The position numbers were made by a program, and so were the translations under genes. From a virus (lineage: Duplodnaviria > Caudoviricetes), in IMG/VR virus record IMGVR_UViG_3300021387_001128, positions 1,602-65,601 of that record: a stretch of DNA of 64,000 bases; one strand, given 5' to 3'. Every line of letters starts with the position of its first letter. Position 1 is the stretch's first letter. Shown piece by piece: positions 49,690-59,557 of the stretch. The notes beneath the pieces are model-generated. The model saw nothing but the letters and a program-made list of their open reading frames with translations. It did not search any database and had not been told where the DNA came from.

Positions 49690-50154
49690 CTAATAAACTT
49701 TCATATAATAAAATGCAATAGTATACCTGGAATACCCGACTGTTCTTGTTCCGAGATCCCAGTCTCCTGCAGTCCAGAACCGGTATCCGGTATCCGCTAG
49801 ATACCGATCTTTCGTCAGAAGTTTTTGCAAGCGTTCTGCAATCAGATGCGTTCGGAGGATCAGTCCGTCGTCTCCAACGTTCCGCAGCTCTTCATTTTTA
49901 ACATAGATGTCGAATGTGATCATATTCCTGGTCACGTTCGGAACCTTGGTCGGATATCCCTGAATATCTGAATATACAATACGCACTGCCTCATCTGTAA
50001 GAAGATGGTTTGTAAATCCAGCTTTAACAAAATAACGATCTGTAAATTGAATAACCCCAGTATTTTTTGGAAGTTTCATCAGCCGTTTTAGTTCTGCGTC
50101 TTTAAAAATTACAGTACGGATGATGGTGTTCCAAGCTTTAACCCAGCCGAGCAT
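49690..50154 (-). CDS. Putative tail terminator/completion protein
   Basis: Position just upstream of the major tail gene; AGGAGGGTG RBS; ITFDIYV...IAERLQKLL pattern. Confidence 0.55.
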   Translation of the reverse strand: MLGWVKAWNTIIRTVIFKDAELKRLMKLPKNTGVIQFTDRYFVKAGFTNHLLTDEAVRIVYSDIQGYPTKVPNVTRNMITFDIYVKNEELRNVGDDGLILRTHLIAERLQKLLTKDRYLADTGYRFWTAGDWDLGTRTVGYSRYTIAFYYMKVY

Positions 50155-50158
50155 AACA

Positions 50159-50713
50159 TCACCCTCCTGCAGCTCCGCTAATAATTCCGGCAACGTACGC
50201 CTTCAACTGTTCCATAAACTGTGCCTTTGCACGGGTAATAACCTCTTGCATAAATTCACTGAATGCATCTCGAAGCATCGTTCTGATCTCTTCGATCACT
50301 CCCGTTCCAGGTTTTTCGTATCCCGGCACAGGCTCGTGCCAACGTGGCTCGGGAGTAGGAGAGGTATAGGTCGATCCGTCAGGTGCTCTCGATGTACCTT
50401 CAGTACCGCCGGCCAAAGGAGCGCCCATGCCGGCATCAACAATCTCAAGGAACCCGCCCGGATTTCGCTCTTCCATATAGAAGTTTAGCGAGAATTGATT
50501 GTCTGATTGAACAATCTCGCATCGAAAGGCATCGGCTATGGCTTCCATTTCCATTTGTTCCATAGCAATTGCGCCTGCTTTTTCGTCCGGTGCGCCGATC
50601 TCGGATTCGTAAACAAGGAATCTTGATTTGCCAAGGTTTTCCGCAAAAGGCACAAACGCCTGCAGGTTGCCGGCAATCAGGTTAACGAAATCTTCTTGTG
50701 TTGGAGCGCTCAT
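50159..50713 (-). CDS. Putative neck/tail-completion protein
   Basis: 184 aa, located in the head-tail joining block. Confidence 0.5.
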   Translation of the reverse strand: MSAPTQEDFVNLIAGNLQAFVPFAENLGKSRFLVYESEIGAPDEKAGAIAMEQMEMEAIADAFRCEIVQSDNQFSLNFYMEERNPGGFLEIVDAGMGAPLAGGTEGTSRAPDGSTYTSPTPEPRWHEPVPGYEKPGTGVIEEIRTMLRDAFSEFMQEVITRAKAQFMEQLKAYVAGIISGAAGG

Positions 50714-50728
50714 ACGGCATCACCTGTC

Positions 50729-51532
50729 TTAATAACCATGAAGGCCACCTTCTGCTTTGCGAGCCTGGAGTTTCAGCGTCCCATGAGATTCGTCGATCGC
50801 AACGCCCACCCGGTTCACATCGACAATTCGATAGGTTTCATTGCCCCATTCAAAAACGTCGTCTACGTGAATATTTTTCGTGCGATCATTATATTGAACA
50901 GTCATCAGCGTAAGTGCGCTCGGTGTTGAGCCTGGAGTTCCGGAAACAACAGTATATTCAGGTCTTCCGTCGTATCTGTATGCGTTGCATGGAATAGTCG
51001 GAACAATTTCAGTCCATTTTTTATTGTCTTTCTTTTTCTGCTTTCTAATCAGAAATCCATCGTCGTCATATTGATCTTCTATGCTTGGATTACTGTATTC
51101 AACATATCCGTCTTCGTCATAGATCTTTCCGCCTTCAGTAAACCGCATAACGGTCAGCATCATATTGCACCGAAGGGCACGGGATGGAGCGTTGTTAGAC
51201 TGCAGTGCAACTTCCCAATCCAGTACAAAAATCGTTCCGTCGGGTTGAATAAGCATATCGCCTTTTCGAATTCCGCTTGTAACGGAACAGCGAATGTTCA
51301 TATTGTTATCGGTGTTTTCATATCTGGATTTCGTTGAATCTGCATAAATTTCTCCGCGAACATAAGAGGGCACATAATTGCTTTCCTGCCGGTCATACCA
51401 GTTTTTAATAACTTCAAAATCCATATTGGTATTCGGAATATCCCGGTCTAGAAAAGCATCGAAGTCGGCGGCCAGTGTCCGGGGTACACGAAACCGCTTT
51501 GAAGTTCCTTCCGGAACATACGGGATAGGCAT
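50729..51532 (-). CDS. Putative head closure/adaptor protein
   Basis: 267 aa, beta-rich (IRKGDML..DG.IFV; IHVDDVFEWG...YRIVDV); positional. Confidence 0.5.
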   Translation of the reverse strand: MPIPYVPEGTSKRFRVPRTLAADFDAFLDRDIPNTNMDFEVIKNWYDRQESNYVPSYVRGEIYADSTKSRYENTDNNMNIRCSVTSGIRKGDMLIQPDGTIFVLDWEVALQSNNAPSRALRCNMMLTVMRFTEGGKIYDEDGYVEYSNPSIEDQYDDDGFLIRKQKKKDNKKWTEIVPTIPCNAYRYDGRPEYTVVSGTPGSTPSALTLMTVQYNDRTKNIHVDDVFEWGNETYRIVDVNRVGVAIDESHGTLKLQARKAEGGLHGY

Positions 51533-51551
51533 TGGCCGTCGTCTCCTTTCG

Positions 51552-51878
51552 TCAGATCATGTTTGAAAACACTTCGCTTGCCGGGATCTGGTCAGCCCGG
51601 TTTCCATGATAGGTCAGATTCTGAGGCAGCCGCTTAATCGCATTTGCCTGATCCAGCATTTTGTGCCGGATTCTTTTATATCTGTCCAGCATCTCCGGGT
51701 CCCAGTCATTCTTTTGTTTATTCCCGGAGAAGGTATAAAACGCGTCCTCGATTTCAACAATAAGCTTCATCAGTTCTACGTGAAGCATTTCCGTATAATT
51801 AATGAAGTCATATTCTTTCTCGACAACGGTTTCAAGGTTTTTGTTCTTATATTCGATTGTCACTTTCCAATCACTCAT
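51552..51878 (-). CDS. Hypothetical protein, head-tail region
   Basis: 108 aa, GAAGGT RBS. Confidence 0.55.
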   Translation of the reverse strand: MSDWKVTIEYKNKNLETVVEKEYDFINYTEMLHVELMKLIVEIEDAFYTFSGNKQKNDWDPEMLDRYKRIRHKMLDQANAIKRLPQNLTYHGNRADQIPASEVFSNMI

Positions 51879-51893
51879 TTACCTTCAGTTCCT

Positions 51894-52322
51894 TTACGTC
51901 TCTCCAAGAGTATATCGAACCATTTTGTAATAAATGATCCTCCGCTCGTTTTCGAGTTTGTCGAGTGTATCCTTTAGGTTTGCATACGGCTTGTCTGCGT
52001 TTGTTACGGTCAGAGCGTCTGTAGAATAACCGAAAGAATTGTTTACATCGCTCTGGACTTTTGCGAAGAAATTCATTTCGGAGCAGATCTGAATATACCG
52101 CCTTTCATCAAGGGGGATATTGGCATCATACCCAAGTGATTCATCCTCAAGTGTAACATACAGATTCTCGTCGTACACTAAGGCGCGGCCGGTATCTACA
52201 AACAGCCGCTCAATCCCATCGATTACCATTCCGATATAGTCGGAGCTGGCAAGAACGACAGGAGTTTCCTGCCATGCAGTTTTAACCTGCAGCCATTCGG
52301 CCAGTTTTGTAACGTTTAGCAT
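51894..52322 (-). CDS. Putative head-tail connector
   Basis: 142 aa, helical; FGYSTDAL.VTN.DKP..NL motif; positional. Confidence 0.55.
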   Translation of the reverse strand: MLNVTKLAEWLQVKTAWQETPVVLASSDYIGMVIDGIERLFVDTGRALVYDENLYVTLEDESLGYDANIPLDERRYIQICSEMNFFAKVQSDVNNSFGYSTDALTVTNADKPYANLKDTLDKLENERRIIYYKMVRYTLGET

Positions 52323-52341
52323 ACCGGCAGCTCCTTTCTAT

Positions 52342-52788
52342 TTATTCGTTAAGCAGATCCGGGTCTGGAATCTTTTCAAGGATAACTTTCATTTTGCTTT
52401 GAGCCAGATCCATCTCCTGCGCGATCTTCGCGATAGGATATAGTTCGATCGGATCGGTGATTTCTTCCAACCATTTTTCAATCTGCTTCACGGGTTTTTT
52501 CAACATTGCTTCAATCTCGCTCTGATCGTAATGCTTCTGGGCATACGGATCGGTGTAGCCGCCGATATCTTCAAGCGTCAGCCTGTTATTGCTGTTGTCG
52601 AGAATCAGCAGGTCTCCAGACGAGAAGGGTTTGCGCTCGCGGGCGATGCTCTCCAAGTAGAGAATATCGTCAACGGACATAGGTAAAAAACTTTTGGTCC
52701 TGATGATGGGCTTCTGACCGCTGGTCAGAGTAACGCCAATGTCATAATTTGTATTGTTTGAAACTCTGAATCTGATAGTACCATCCAT
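52342..52788 (-). CDS. Hypothetical protein following the major capsid gene
   Basis: 148 aa, GAAGGA RBS. Confidence 0.55.
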   Translation of the reverse strand: MDGTIRFRVSNNTNYDIGVTLTSGQKPIIRTKSFLPMSVDDILYLESIARERKPFSSGDLLILDNSNNRLTLEDIGGYTDPYAQKHYDQSEIEAMLKKPVKQIEKWLEEITDPIELYPIAKIAQEMDLAQSKMKVILEKIPDPDLLNE

Positions 52789-52810
52789 TTCCTTCATCCC
52801 TTTCAAATTA

Positions 52811-52840
52811 AGAAAAGGGGAGAGGCCGAAACCTCTCCCC
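52811..52840 (-). terminator. Intrinsic terminator after the major capsid gene
   Basis: GGGGAGAGG-TTTCGG-CCTCTCCCC then TTTTCTT on the minus strand. Confidence 0.75.
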
Positions 52841-52847
52841 GATTTTT

Positions 52848-53849
52848 TTAGTTAAGGAAGTGCGCGCCGATGGTGGGATTCTTCCCAACAACGAACGCAG
52901 CACCGAACCAGGTGTAGAGCAGCACTTCGTAAGTGCGGCTGTCGATGTTCTGGGAGGGCATCTGATTGACACCACCCTCGTTAACCACCTTCAGGTTACG
53001 GGCATCCTTGGACGCAGCGCCGGGGATAATATAAATCCAGTTCGGATTAAGGATGGGCGTCACGCCATCTTCCTTATAGCCGTTCTCGAACGCGGTCACG
53101 GCACAGCCGTTGTAATTGCCGAGGAAGCCGTTGCGGGCATGCTCGTCCAGCATGTTGCCGCTGAAAGCCATCGTAGGCACGCTGTTGGCGGCCATGCCGG
53201 TAAAGGGAGCCAGCTGACTCACAGCACCCAGATCGCCAACCAGGTTCACAGGACCAAGCCGACGGAAATGCAGGATCTGAGCATCCAGAGTGGCCTGATT
53301 CAGGCCGCCGGTGCTGTTCGCATACCAGGGAGAACCGAAGGGAGCAATCGCAGCCTGCAGAACAGACTCGATAACTTCCATCTTCTTCTCGGTGATGGCA
53401 TCGTTCGCTTCACGGATCAGGTCAGCAATGTTGATCTTGCCCTTGTGCAGGTCGATGATGTTCATCGCCGGACGAGCAGACACTTCCTTGGTGGGAACCA
53501 GGATTTGCTTGTCGGTGATCATGCTGCGGGCAGTCGTGCCACCCTTCGCCTGGATGTAAGCCTTGATGCTGCCCAGACGGACATTGAACAGAGCCTTGTC
53601 GCCATATCCAATATCCTTGGTGTCAGCAATCGTGCCCAGGAAATCGAGAGCATGCTTCTGCAGCTCTTCGACAGTAAAGGCAATCGCCTGACCAATCTGG
53701 TAGGCGTTCTGAGGATTCAGATCCTGGGCCAGTTCCATGATAATCTGATTCGCTTCTTCGATCTTGTCGGAGTCGACACGCTCGTTGCGATGCTGGGCCG
53801 CGAGAACCTGAATCAGCTTCGCGTCACGGGTAATTTTGATATCGCTCAT
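52848..53849 (-). CDS. Major capsid protein (SPbeta YonB-like position)
   Basis: 333 aa, strong codon bias, GGAGGTG RBS, followed by a terminator; downstream of scaffold and decoration genes. Confidence 0.8.
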   Translation of the reverse strand: MSDIKITRDAKLIQVLAAQHRNERVDSDKIEEANQIIMELAQDLNPQNAYQIGQAIAFTVEELQKHALDFLGTIADTKDIGYGDKALFNVRLGSIKAYIQAKGGTTARSMITDKQILVPTKEVSARPAMNIIDLHKGKINIADLIREANDAITEKKMEVIESVLQAAIAPFGSPWYANSTGGLNQATLDAQILHFRRLGPVNLVGDLGAVSQLAPFTGMAANSVPTMAFSGNMLDEHARNGFLGNYNGCAVTAFENGYKEDGVTPILNPNWIYIIPGAASKDARNLKVVNEGGVNQMPSQNIDSRTYEVLLYTWFGAAFVVGKNPTIGAHFLN

Positions 53850-53865
53850 TGTCGTTCACCTCCGA

Positions 53866-54291
53866 TTAACCGATCGTGCCGTCGGCCTTCACGCCGTAGA
53901 CAGTGCCTACAACAGGAGTGCCGGTAACGGCAGTCGTCTTGAATTCTTCTCCCGGCAGCAGCGGATGAGCGCGGAGCAGCTCGCCGACAGCAACAGTGTA
54001 GGCAGAACCGTCATATTCGCAGCTATCGTTCACATCGATGCCGTTCTCAACAAAATAATAGGGCTTAGCCAGCGTATCCACAATAAAGCGGTAGCCGGTC
54101 TGACCGTAAACATCGGTCACTTCTTTACAAAGGAACTTGGTGTTGGTGTCAGCCGCCGGCAGCACAAACTTGCCAGCATCGGTAGAAGTGCCCTTCAGCA
54201 TCAGAATGCCGTTGGGAACAGCAGTAGCCGCGCCGTTCACCAGTTCGCCTTCGTATACATATCCTTGCAGTTTGGACATATATCCAGCCAT
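53866..54291 (-). CDS. Capsid decoration/cement protein
   Basis: 141 aa between scaffold and capsid genes; VGELLRAH.L.PGEEF.TT motif. Confidence 0.65.
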   Translation of the reverse strand: MAGYMSKLQGYVYEGELVNGAATAVPNGILMLKGTSTDAGKFVLPAADTNTKFLCKEVTDVYGQTGYRFIVDTLAKPYYFVENGIDVNDSCEYDGSAYTVAVGELLRAHPLLPGEEFKTTAVTGTPVVGTVYGVKADGTIG

Positions 54292-54314
54292 GGTGATTCA
54301 TTCCTTTCGTTTGG

Positions 54315-55628
54315 TTATCGACTTAAAAGGGAGTACCCGTTGGGTTTCTCCACAGGGTCCAGCAGGGAATACTTATTGCCCTGCGTGGTCATGGAATCCA
54401 TAAACGGATTCACGATCTCAGCAGAAACATTAAACTTTTCCTGAGCCGCCGCGATCTTCTGCTCTTTGAGAGCTTTGATTTCTTCGGCCAGTTGCTTAAC
54501 GGTATCTGTCAGTTCGGCAATCATTTCTTCTGCCGTTTTCTTTTTCTTATCGCTGTCTTCCGGGGTAGGCACAACGTCTCCGGGAGCTTCGTCATCGGAG
54601 TCGTCGGAGTCACCATCCGATTCCTCGGTAGGATCGTCATCCGCAGCGATCTGTGTTTCGGCTACTTCCTTTTCTTCGGGTTCGCCTTCTTCCGCAACTG
54701 CGATACCTTCATCTACCTCAACCAGTTCGCCTTCAACAGGTTCGCTGGTGTAAGTGCGCACTTCAACGGAGGTGGAAACTTCTTTCCCAGTTTCAGTGTC
54801 GTATGCACTAACCCTGGATTCTTCGATGTGTGTTTCGGTAACATAAACAGTCGCGGTTTCCGTCTCAGCCTGAATTTCAGTCTGCTCCGGAGCGGCGGTT
54901 TCTTCCGCCTGGACTTCAGCCGTGGGTTCCTGCTCGGCAACAGTTTCCTTTACCTCTGCAGTTTCTTCGGGCTGAGTTTCTGTGGCTTCGGTTTCCACTT
55001 CTGCCACTTCGAGCTTTTCAACTTCCGCCATTTCCTTCTCACCCCTTTCGGTGTCATCTGCTTCCCGCTGCGCCACAAATTCAAGAGCAACAGCGTCTTC
55101 GCAAGCAGGGAAGGTCACAATGGCCGTGCCTTCCAGATGGTTGTTTTCTGACGCGTCAATCAGGAAAGTACCGTCTTCCAGTTCTTCGTAATCGCCGCAG
55201 GCGATTTCAAAGGAAAACTTCAGCGCGCCGTCAGCGAACAGCTCGGCAATGGCCTTGCTGATCTTCTTGTCGCGCTTTGGAATGCGGGCGTAGCCTACAA
55301 GGTATGCGCCTTCATCGAACTCTTCTTTTTCAAACTGGTAGAAGGACCCGATCTGCGTCGAGTGAAACTCGCCTGTCTTGCTGTCATACAGATGACCAAG
55401 GCGATTGTACCTGCCGTCTTTAAGCGCACGTACGTCCGCATAAAGCGGCAGACCCACATACCGTTCTTCATTGGCGATAATGTCGTCAACAAAGGCTGGA
55501 GTAACAGCCGCCCCGTTAAGATTCGCTTTTGGGGTTTCGAGTATGCGGGCTTTAACAGTCATGAACACGTCAGACTGCTGAAGTTCGGAGATGACAGAAG
55601 CAAAGCTGATAAACTTGGCCTTGTTCAT
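54315..55628 (-). CDS. Prohead protease/scaffold protein (SPbeta YonD-like)
   Basis: N-terminal globular part (ANLNG, LGH, KFSFEI, GTAIVTFPACEDA) followed by an extremely acidic low-complexity scaffold region. Confidence 0.7.
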   Translation of the reverse strand: MNKAKFISFASVISELQQSDVFMTVKARILETPKANLNGAAVTPAFVDDIIANEERYVGLPLYADVRALKDGRYNRLGHLYDSKTGEFHSTQIGSFYQFEKEEFDEGAYLVGYARIPKRDKKISKAIAELFADGALKFSFEIACGDYEELEDGTFLIDASENNHLEGTAIVTFPACEDAVALEFVAQREADDTERGEKEMAEVEKLEVAEVETEATETQPEETAEVKETVAEQEPTAEVQAEETAAPEQTEIQAETETATVYVTETHIEESRVSAYDTETGKEVSTSVEVRTYTSEPVEGELVEVDEGIAVAEEGEPEEKEVAETQIAADDDPTEESDGDSDDSDDEAPGDVVPTPEDSDKKKKTAEEMIAELTDTVKQLAEEIKALKEQKIAAAQEKFNVSAEIVNPFMDSMTTQGNKYSLLDPVEKPNGYSLLSR

Positions 55629-55718
55629 ATTGATCTCCTTTTTGCGTTCATTTGTCAGTGGTGGGAGACAAAGCCAAATGAAGCGAATCTATATCCACAG
55701 CCGAAGCTGGAGATATTG

Positions 55719-55793
55719 TGGCTCTGCGAGCTGGATTCGAACCAGCAGCCGTCCGGTTAACAGCCGGATGCTCTACCGTTGAGCTACCGCAGA
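55719..55793 (-). tRNA. trnN: tRNA-Asn (GUU)
   Basis: TCTGCGG TA GCTC AACGGTA GAGC A TCCGG CTGTTAA CCGGA CGGCT GCTGG TTCGAAT CCAGC TCGCAGA G CCA: full cloverleaf, GTT anticodon, G discriminator, encoded CCA. Confidence 0.95.
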
Positions 55794-56124
55794 ATACGAA
55801 AGAGACCCGGGGAACTTCCCCGGGTCTGCAAACTTCAGCCGCCTATAGGACCAGCGGCGGGGACCGGTTTTCAGTAAACCGTTTAACATCATAAAGCCAT
55901 CACAATATTTAACGACGTGTGAAGCAGCCGTCGTATCTCTATCTAAATGCTTGCATTCTTTATCACAATACAATCTAAAGTAATATTAGTCTACTTAATA
56001 TGGCGCAAAGCGCCTACTAAGTAGACTTATATTACTACACCACTAAACTAAACTATGCCGTGCTATCGCACCTGTACACCCGATAACATCGAATGTGGAT
56101 TGCTCCAAATCCATAGAGATAATA
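55794..56124 (-). ncRNA. Candidate structured RNA between portal and tRNA
   Basis: At least six hairpins in 330 nt, including an interrupted long hairpin at 55980-56035 and a perfect 10-bp stem at 55803-55827; no credible ORF. Confidence 0.4.
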
Positions 56125-57714
56125 TTAACCTGTATCAGAAGCCTTTTGTACAGTTGATGTTTGCATCGATCCGTCGGGATTGGAAGGTTTGGGCATCTTG
56201 CCCCGCTCCGCCGCGTCCGGATCGGATGTACGATCGCTGTCGTCCAATGTAGGCCGACCGGCGCCGTCAGATCCTTCGTTCGTTGTTTCGGCCGCCTGAT
56301 CCCTTGGAGCCAGCAGTTCGTCGATCTCTTCGCGTTCTTCTTTGCGGCGCTCCGCTTCTTTGTCAATGTTGTAGCCATAAGCATCCAGCATCGTCCGGGT
56401 GGAAACCACGCCGTTAGACCACAATTCCTTGCAGGCTTCTCTCAGAGCCTTCTTGCCGGTCATATCCAGCGGTACGAATTTGAACTCCGGTACTTCTTTC
56501 AGGTTGTAGGTTCCCGGAATGATCTCGGTCAGCCGCTCGTTAATGCGGTTCATCATCTCGCAGAACTTGTCCCGGGCCGCATTGATCCGAGCTTCAGCAG
56601 TCTGCATGGATGTCTGTGCGGAAGCGAAGGTGGAACCGTCCTGACTCACGCCGGTAACAACGATTCCGCTGACACCGCCGGCCGCAAGAATATCGTTGTT
56701 GACATCTCGGTATTTATCCCATTGGAACAGATCGTCTGTGTCCGCCTGGATAAAGCTGGCGTTGGCGAGATGATTGGTAACGACCAGCGGGAAGTTGGAC
56801 ATACCCGCCTTGAAGATACGGCTGATCTGCTGGAGTTGGTTGGCATCCGGCAGCATGTCTTGTCCCTTGGTCGGGTCGCCGTACTTAGCATGCACAAAGC
56901 CGCGAATCGCAAGATTCAAGGTAGCCTTCTCGTAAGTTCCGATCAGTTCCTTTTTCGCCAGCGGTTCGAGACAACTCGCGATAAAGGGAATCGCATATCT
57001 GTGCCAGCTCTCCTTGTTGCCCTGCAGAACAAACGTGTTAGCTGGGTTGAGCTGGGCATACTGCTTGCCTTTGTCCAATGCTTCTTTTACTTCTTCAGGA
57101 TATCCTTCGAAGTAAGCTTCAAGGTTGTTCTCCTTGATCCAGCCTTCCTGCACGGTGTAGTTCTTGGCTCGCCATTCGTTGTAGATCGATTGACAGTCGA
57201 AGTCTACAATCGGCATGCCGTTTAAGGAGACGCTGCCGATAACGCATTTGTGAATAGGCAATGTAATAAGCTGACCTTTCAGCAGGTAGCATACAACGTT
57301 TGAATATTTCCAGTATTCAAGAGCGATCCCGTAGATCCTCTCCTTCAGCCGCATCCGTTTATATTGATCTTCGAACAGCTTGATCGTTTTTTTGTTCTTG
57401 CCTGAGAGCACCCAGTCAGAACAGGTGGTAAACGGAACAAACACATGATGCACAATCCCTTTAACAATCGGATCGGCATCGGTGTAGTAGTCGGACAATT
57501 GATAAAGCCGGACAATGTTGCCCTGTTTGTCCCGCAGGATCGCACTGTAGTCGTATCCTGTCAGGTTGCCGCTGAAGGTAATATTGGAGTTGGTGTAGCT
57601 TTGGAATACGTCTTCTTCGTTGTCTTTTGTTGCGCCTACGACTTCTCTCTTGGGAGGGCGAGACGCTTCTGGCGCGGGCGTTCGTACAGCCCGCAGGAAA
57701 TCAAAAAAACCCAA
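56125..57714 (-). CDS. Portal protein (SPbeta YonE-like)
   Basis: 529 aa directly after TerL; TTG start after GGAAGG; YYTDADPIVKGI...; charged C-terminal tail. Confidence 0.85.
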   Translation of the reverse strand: MGFFDFLRAVRTPAPEASRPPKREVVGATKDNEEDVFQSYTNSNITFSGNLTGYDYSAILRDKQGNIVRLYQLSDYYTDADPIVKGIVHHVFVPFTTCSDWVLSGKNKKTIKLFEDQYKRMRLKERIYGIALEYWKYSNVVCYLLKGQLITLPIHKCVIGSVSLNGMPIVDFDCQSIYNEWRAKNYTVQEGWIKENNLEAYFEGYPEEVKEALDKGKQYAQLNPANTFVLQGNKESWHRYAIPFIASCLEPLAKKELIGTYEKATLNLAIRGFVHAKYGDPTKGQDMLPDANQLQQISRIFKAGMSNFPLVVTNHLANASFIQADTDDLFQWDKYRDVNNDILAAGGVSGIVVTGVSQDGSTFASAQTSMQTAEARINAARDKFCEMMNRINERLTEIIPGTYNLKEVPEFKFVPLDMTGKKALREACKELWSNGVVSTRTMLDAYGYNIDKEAERRKEEREEIDELLAPRDQAAETTNEGSDGAGRPTLDDSDRTSDPDAAERGKMPKPSNPDGSMQTSTVQKASDTG

Positions 57715-57746
57715 GGCGCTTCGCCTTCCTTTCCGTTAAATTTGAA

Positions 57747-57862
57747 TTATTGCTCAGCCTGATTCACAAGGGCGCCCGTGCCGATATATGCCAAAGCGCT
57801 TTCGCCGAAGGTACGCAGTCCGCGCACCAACGCAGCCTTTGCCCATTGTCCCCAGTCACGCA
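57747..57862 (-). pseudogene. Degenerate r1t/Dp-1-type holin remnant
   Basis: RBS GAAAGGA, ATG CGT GAC TGG, then after a 1-nt shift QWAKAALVRGLRTFGESALAYIGTGALVNQAEQ*; resembles the first helix of r1t-type holins; second helix absent. Confidence 0.5.
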
Positions 57863-57895
57863 TAGTAATCATCCTTTCACTTAGAACTTAGAATT

Positions 57896-59545
57896 TTAGA
57901 ACCCGACCGCGAATCCCAAACTGGGAGTACCGCGTCGGAATTTTTTTACGTTCTCTTTTTCGAGTTCACTGATAAAGTCGTTTGCCATCGCAAGCGACGA
58001 GTATCTATCCTTGTGCTGATTGTTATGTTGCACATCATAGGTTTTGTTTCCAGACGAGCTGGTCTTCTCTACGATGTTACCCATTTCAAACTGCAAAGCG
58101 TCTGTCTCCAAAAAGATCGCCATCTCTTCTTTAGACATCCGCTTCGACTCGTCTTCGATCTCCTGTTGTCTGGCCCGCATCGTTCTCTCCTGAATCGGGA
58201 GCTCGATCGTCTTCTTCTCCAGCGCAACACGGAGATTGGTATAGATCCGCTGGTTCAGCGTGTTGACGGCCCGGAAGGGATGCAGCACCTGTTTGGCATC
58301 CGGATTGGTAAGAGGCTCGTCGTCTACAACCAGTGGCGGGTATTCTTTCCCGGTGGCCGCATCAATCCACTCCTGATCGAAGAAGCGGTTGAAGCTGTCG
58401 CCGATACCACGGGCATCGTATACGATCTTCTCTGTGTTTGGAAACCGAACATGGTAATATCTGCGAACTTCGTCCGCAAGATAATCCAAAGGCTTCCCGT
58501 TGTAACTCCGGATATTAACCAGCTTTCGATTGTATGTACCGTCTGTCCGTTCGGTGTATTTAACAACCGTAAGAATGGAGTTATCCGATCCTTTGGCTGT
58601 GGATGTAGCGATGTCCAGACAGATAACATATTTGGATTTGGAATTCTTCGGCTGCTCCATCTCAATCTTGTCGAGATTGCGGCAGGTCGATGTAAGATCG
58701 TAGGGAAGTGCGGAGTTATTGGTTGCTCCTAAGAACTTGGAGCCGTACTCCATCTCGAAGGTAGATGCAGGCATCCGCTCTTTTTCCCGCATAAAGAAGT
58801 CCATATCCGTAATGCCGTTGGCAACAGCCGCACGATAATCCAGCGTGCAGCAGAAGACTTCTCTGTCTCCCTTTGCCATCCGGCTCAGGTTCTTCATAAA
58901 CGAAGTGTAGTATTGGTTGCTCTTCTCGCAGGCGGATGTGATTGTAAACGTCTTGGAAGGGAAGTCTTTAAAGCCGTAGCTGAAGCAGATATCCCTTGTC
59001 GTGTTTCGAACAGGGGACACAACCGCTTCCAGTTCTTCCTGATCTACATCCAGCGCTTCGTCGACAATAACAACCTTGGCCCGCTGGCCGCGAGCAGATT
59101 CGATAGATGTCGAGAGCATCATGCTCCCATTTTTTAATGTGCAGCTTGAACTGTCTTTGGAAACCTGCACGAGAGACTTCGCGTTGCTTGCGAGAATCTC
59201 GTTGGCAATGTTCTGGTTCTGCTCCGCCATTAGCTTCAGCTTACCTAATGCAAGGGTAGCCTGTTTACCGGTGGCGGAAACAACAAGCACAATAGCGCCT
59301 GGGTACAGGCAGCAGATCGCAAAGCCGCCAAGAGAAGCCAACCAGGTTTTACCGAATCCACGGGAGCATGTATCGTTGCTGTCAACGCAGTTACCGAGCT
59401 GCCGCATCATCACATGTTGGTCTCTCGTAAGTTTGATAGGAGCAAAAGCATCTTCCACGAAGATATCTAAGTGGGAACGGTAGAACATTAACTGTTCTTC
59501 TATAACGTCCCAGTTTGTAATAACCCCTTGTCTCGCGACGGGCAT
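57896..59545 (-). CDS. terL: Terminase large subunit
   Basis: Walker A SRGFGKT, Walker B VIVDEA, coupling motif TITSA, RNase H-like CLDIA and KDRYSSLAMA. Confidence 0.92.
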   Translation of the reverse strand: MPVARQGVITNWDVIEEQLMFYRSHLDIFVEDAFAPIKLTRDQHVMMRQLGNCVDSNDTCSRGFGKTWLASLGGFAICCLYPGAIVLVVSATGKQATLALGKLKLMAEQNQNIANEILASNAKSLVQVSKDSSSCTLKNGSMMLSTSIESARGQRAKVVIVDEALDVDQEELEAVVSPVRNTTRDICFSYGFKDFPSKTFTITSACEKSNQYYTSFMKNLSRMAKGDREVFCCTLDYRAAVANGITDMDFFMREKERMPASTFEMEYGSKFLGATNNSALPYDLTSTCRNLDKIEMEQPKNSKSKYVICLDIATSTAKGSDNSILTVVKYTERTDGTYNRKLVNIRSYNGKPLDYLADEVRRYYHVRFPNTEKIVYDARGIGDSFNRFFDQEWIDAATGKEYPPLVVDDEPLTNPDAKQVLHPFRAVNTLNQRIYTNLRVALEKKTIELPIQERTMRARQQEIEDESKRMSKEEMAIFLETDALQFEMGNIVEKTSSSGNKTYDVQHNNQHKDRYSSLAMANDFISELEKENVKKFRRGTPSLGFAVGF

Positions 59546-59557
59546 AAGACCAACTCC

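Noticed and set aside
52860-53927. Long plus-strand ORFs opposite capsid, portal, TMP and tail genes (e.g. 52860-53927, 56161-57225, 38136-39764, 27278-28165)
   Set aside because: Expected antisense open frames from strong codon bias; no RBS or recognisable motifs.
55629-55718. Theta/HDV-like ribozyme after the tRNA
   Set aside because: Hairpins are present (one with a UUCG loop), but I could not build the nested double pseudoknot, and the tRNA already encodes CCA.
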